The notes below the pieces were generated by a model. It was given only the letters and a program-made list of their open reading frames with translations. It was not told where the DNA came from and made no database searches. 64,000 bases of DNA from Mobula hypostoma (taxonomy: Eukaryota), in NCBI RefSeq assembly GCF_963921235.1, contig NC_086118.1, positions 14,572,001 to 14,636,000 on the forward strand, read 5' to 3'. A program made the translations under genes and the position numbers. Shown here in pieces: positions 62,431-64,000 of this stretch. Each line of letters starts with the position of its first letter. Within the stretch, counting starts at the first letter, position 1.

Positions 62431-63404
62431 AGACTGCATCCTAAGTTTAACTTGGACATCAACACTCAGAAAATACATTCCTTTTTTAATAAAAACATCT
62501 AAAGATAGCTTGTAAATCAAGCAATACAGTATTCTTCAGAGGGAGCTGACATAGATCTATTGATTTTTATTCCCTTTAACTTTGCCATCTATTCACAGCA
62601 AAGTTCTTAGCTTTTAGGAATCTAGCTATGCAGCATCCTTTTTCTGCAGTAGCAGTTTGGAAACTGGATGTTGTTTATGCTATTTCCAGGTTTATGTCAC
62701 TCTGGAAGTTCAACTCACATTTCCTTTACTCATACACATCTGAAGGAATTTCTGGTCAAAATGCGCACCAAACCACATAATTCTGAAGCACCCCAAGGAA
62801 ATTAATCTCAGGAATACCTGTCCTTGGGCATTGCTAGGCAACCATCTTAGCATTGCACCTGATCCAAGCTACACTTGGGTAAGTCCTTTACCTATCTCCT
62901 CCACTTCAAACCTTCCACCCTAACCTTGGTACCAACACCCTCATTTCTCTGATCCCCAGTCCCATTGAGACTAACCACACACTAATTCACTACTGGCCAA
63001 TCCTCCACTGAGCATATGCACCTAACCATTACCTCCAGACAGCAGAAGGCTTGAATATCTAACCAGCATTCATCTAACCAAGTCCATTATGCCTTCAGTA
63101 TCTGGCCAGTTCTCTCCTCAGCTCTTGATCAGTCTTTTGAAAGTCCACCAATCACCCGTGGAGATAACTAATTATGAGTCCTCTCTCACCTTTGACCCCT
63201 CTTGGACAGAATTATGGAATAGGCAAAAAAGACTGGTGGAACTCAGTGGGTCAGACAGTATCTGTGAAGGGAAATGAGCAGTCAGCATTTTGAGTTGGAG
63301 CTCTACCTAGACTGAGAGAAGGGAGACAGTTGGTATAAAGGGGTAAAGGGAAGGGATGGAGCAAAACCTGGCAAGAGATATGTAGATACAGGGGTTGCCA
63401 TTCC

Positions 63405-64000
63405 TAGGAGAAGGTGCTTGCGAAACTGAAAGGTCTGAAGGTAGATTAGTCACCTGGACCTGATGGACTACACCCAAGGACTCTGAAAGGTGTGGCTGAA
63501 GAGATTGGGAAGCATTAGTAATGATCGTTCAAGAATCAATAGATTCTGGCATGGTTCTGAAAGACAGCAAAATTGCAAATGGCACTCACAAAGGGGCAGA
63601 AGAAAGGAAACTATAGGCCAGTTAGTCTGGCCTAGTGGTTGGGAAGATGTTGGAGTCGATTGTTAAGGATGCAGTTTTGGGGTACTTGGAGTCACATGAT
63701 AAAATAAGGCCATAAGATATAGAAGCAAAATTAGGCCATTTGGCCCATTGAGTCTGCTCTGCCATTTCATCATGGCTGATCCATTTTCCCTCTCAGCCGC
63801 TATCTCCTGTCTTCTCCCTGTATCCCTTCATGCCTTGACTATTCAAGAATTTATCAACCTCTGCCTTAAGTATATCCAGTGACGGCCTCCACAGCTGCCT
63901 ATGGCAACAAATTCCATATATTCACCACTCTCTAGCTAAAGATGTTCTTCATCTCCATTCCAAAAGGACGCCCCTCTATTTTGAAGCTTAGACTCTCCCA
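63405..64000. mobile_element. Two CR1 fragments: ORF2 piece on + (63405-63710) abutting a 3' end on - (63710-64000)
   Basis: 'SPGPDGLHPRTLK...KKGNYRPVSL' on +; the minus piece matches the CR1 3' UTR at 21390-21725 and 55803-56100. Confidence 0.8.

Overview
Eukaryotic, repeat-dense vertebrate DNA. The repeat mix (CR1, Rex1/Babar, Penelope-derived palindromes, V-SINE/HE1-like SINEs) suggests a cartilaginous fish, probably a ray; this is an inference. The only host-gene signal is three in-frame + strand exons (11580-11666, 40358-40503, 43500-43590) encoding 108 aa of a divergent sarcomeric myosin rod most like MYH16, separated by 28.7 kb and 3.0 kb introns. The rest is intronic and packed with transposon relics: decayed CR1 and Rex1/Babar LINEs, a non-autonomous Gmr1-like Gypsy LTR element, two solo LTRs with 5-bp TSDs, a chromovirus fragment, Harbinger, hAT, Tc1 and pogo-like DNA elements, RTE-derived SINE-like elements, and a 33-bp minisatellite born inside a LINE ORF. 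The most interesting non-coding signal is a family of short Penelope-derived, often palindromic insertions with 11-15 bp TSDs carrying a minimal type-I hammerhead ribozyme motif (AGUC-CUGANGA-stem II-GAAA-CG-UC-GACU). Most ORFs in the supplied track are repeat fragments or spurious. All calls were made by eye; boundaries of old repeats are approximate and no database search was run.
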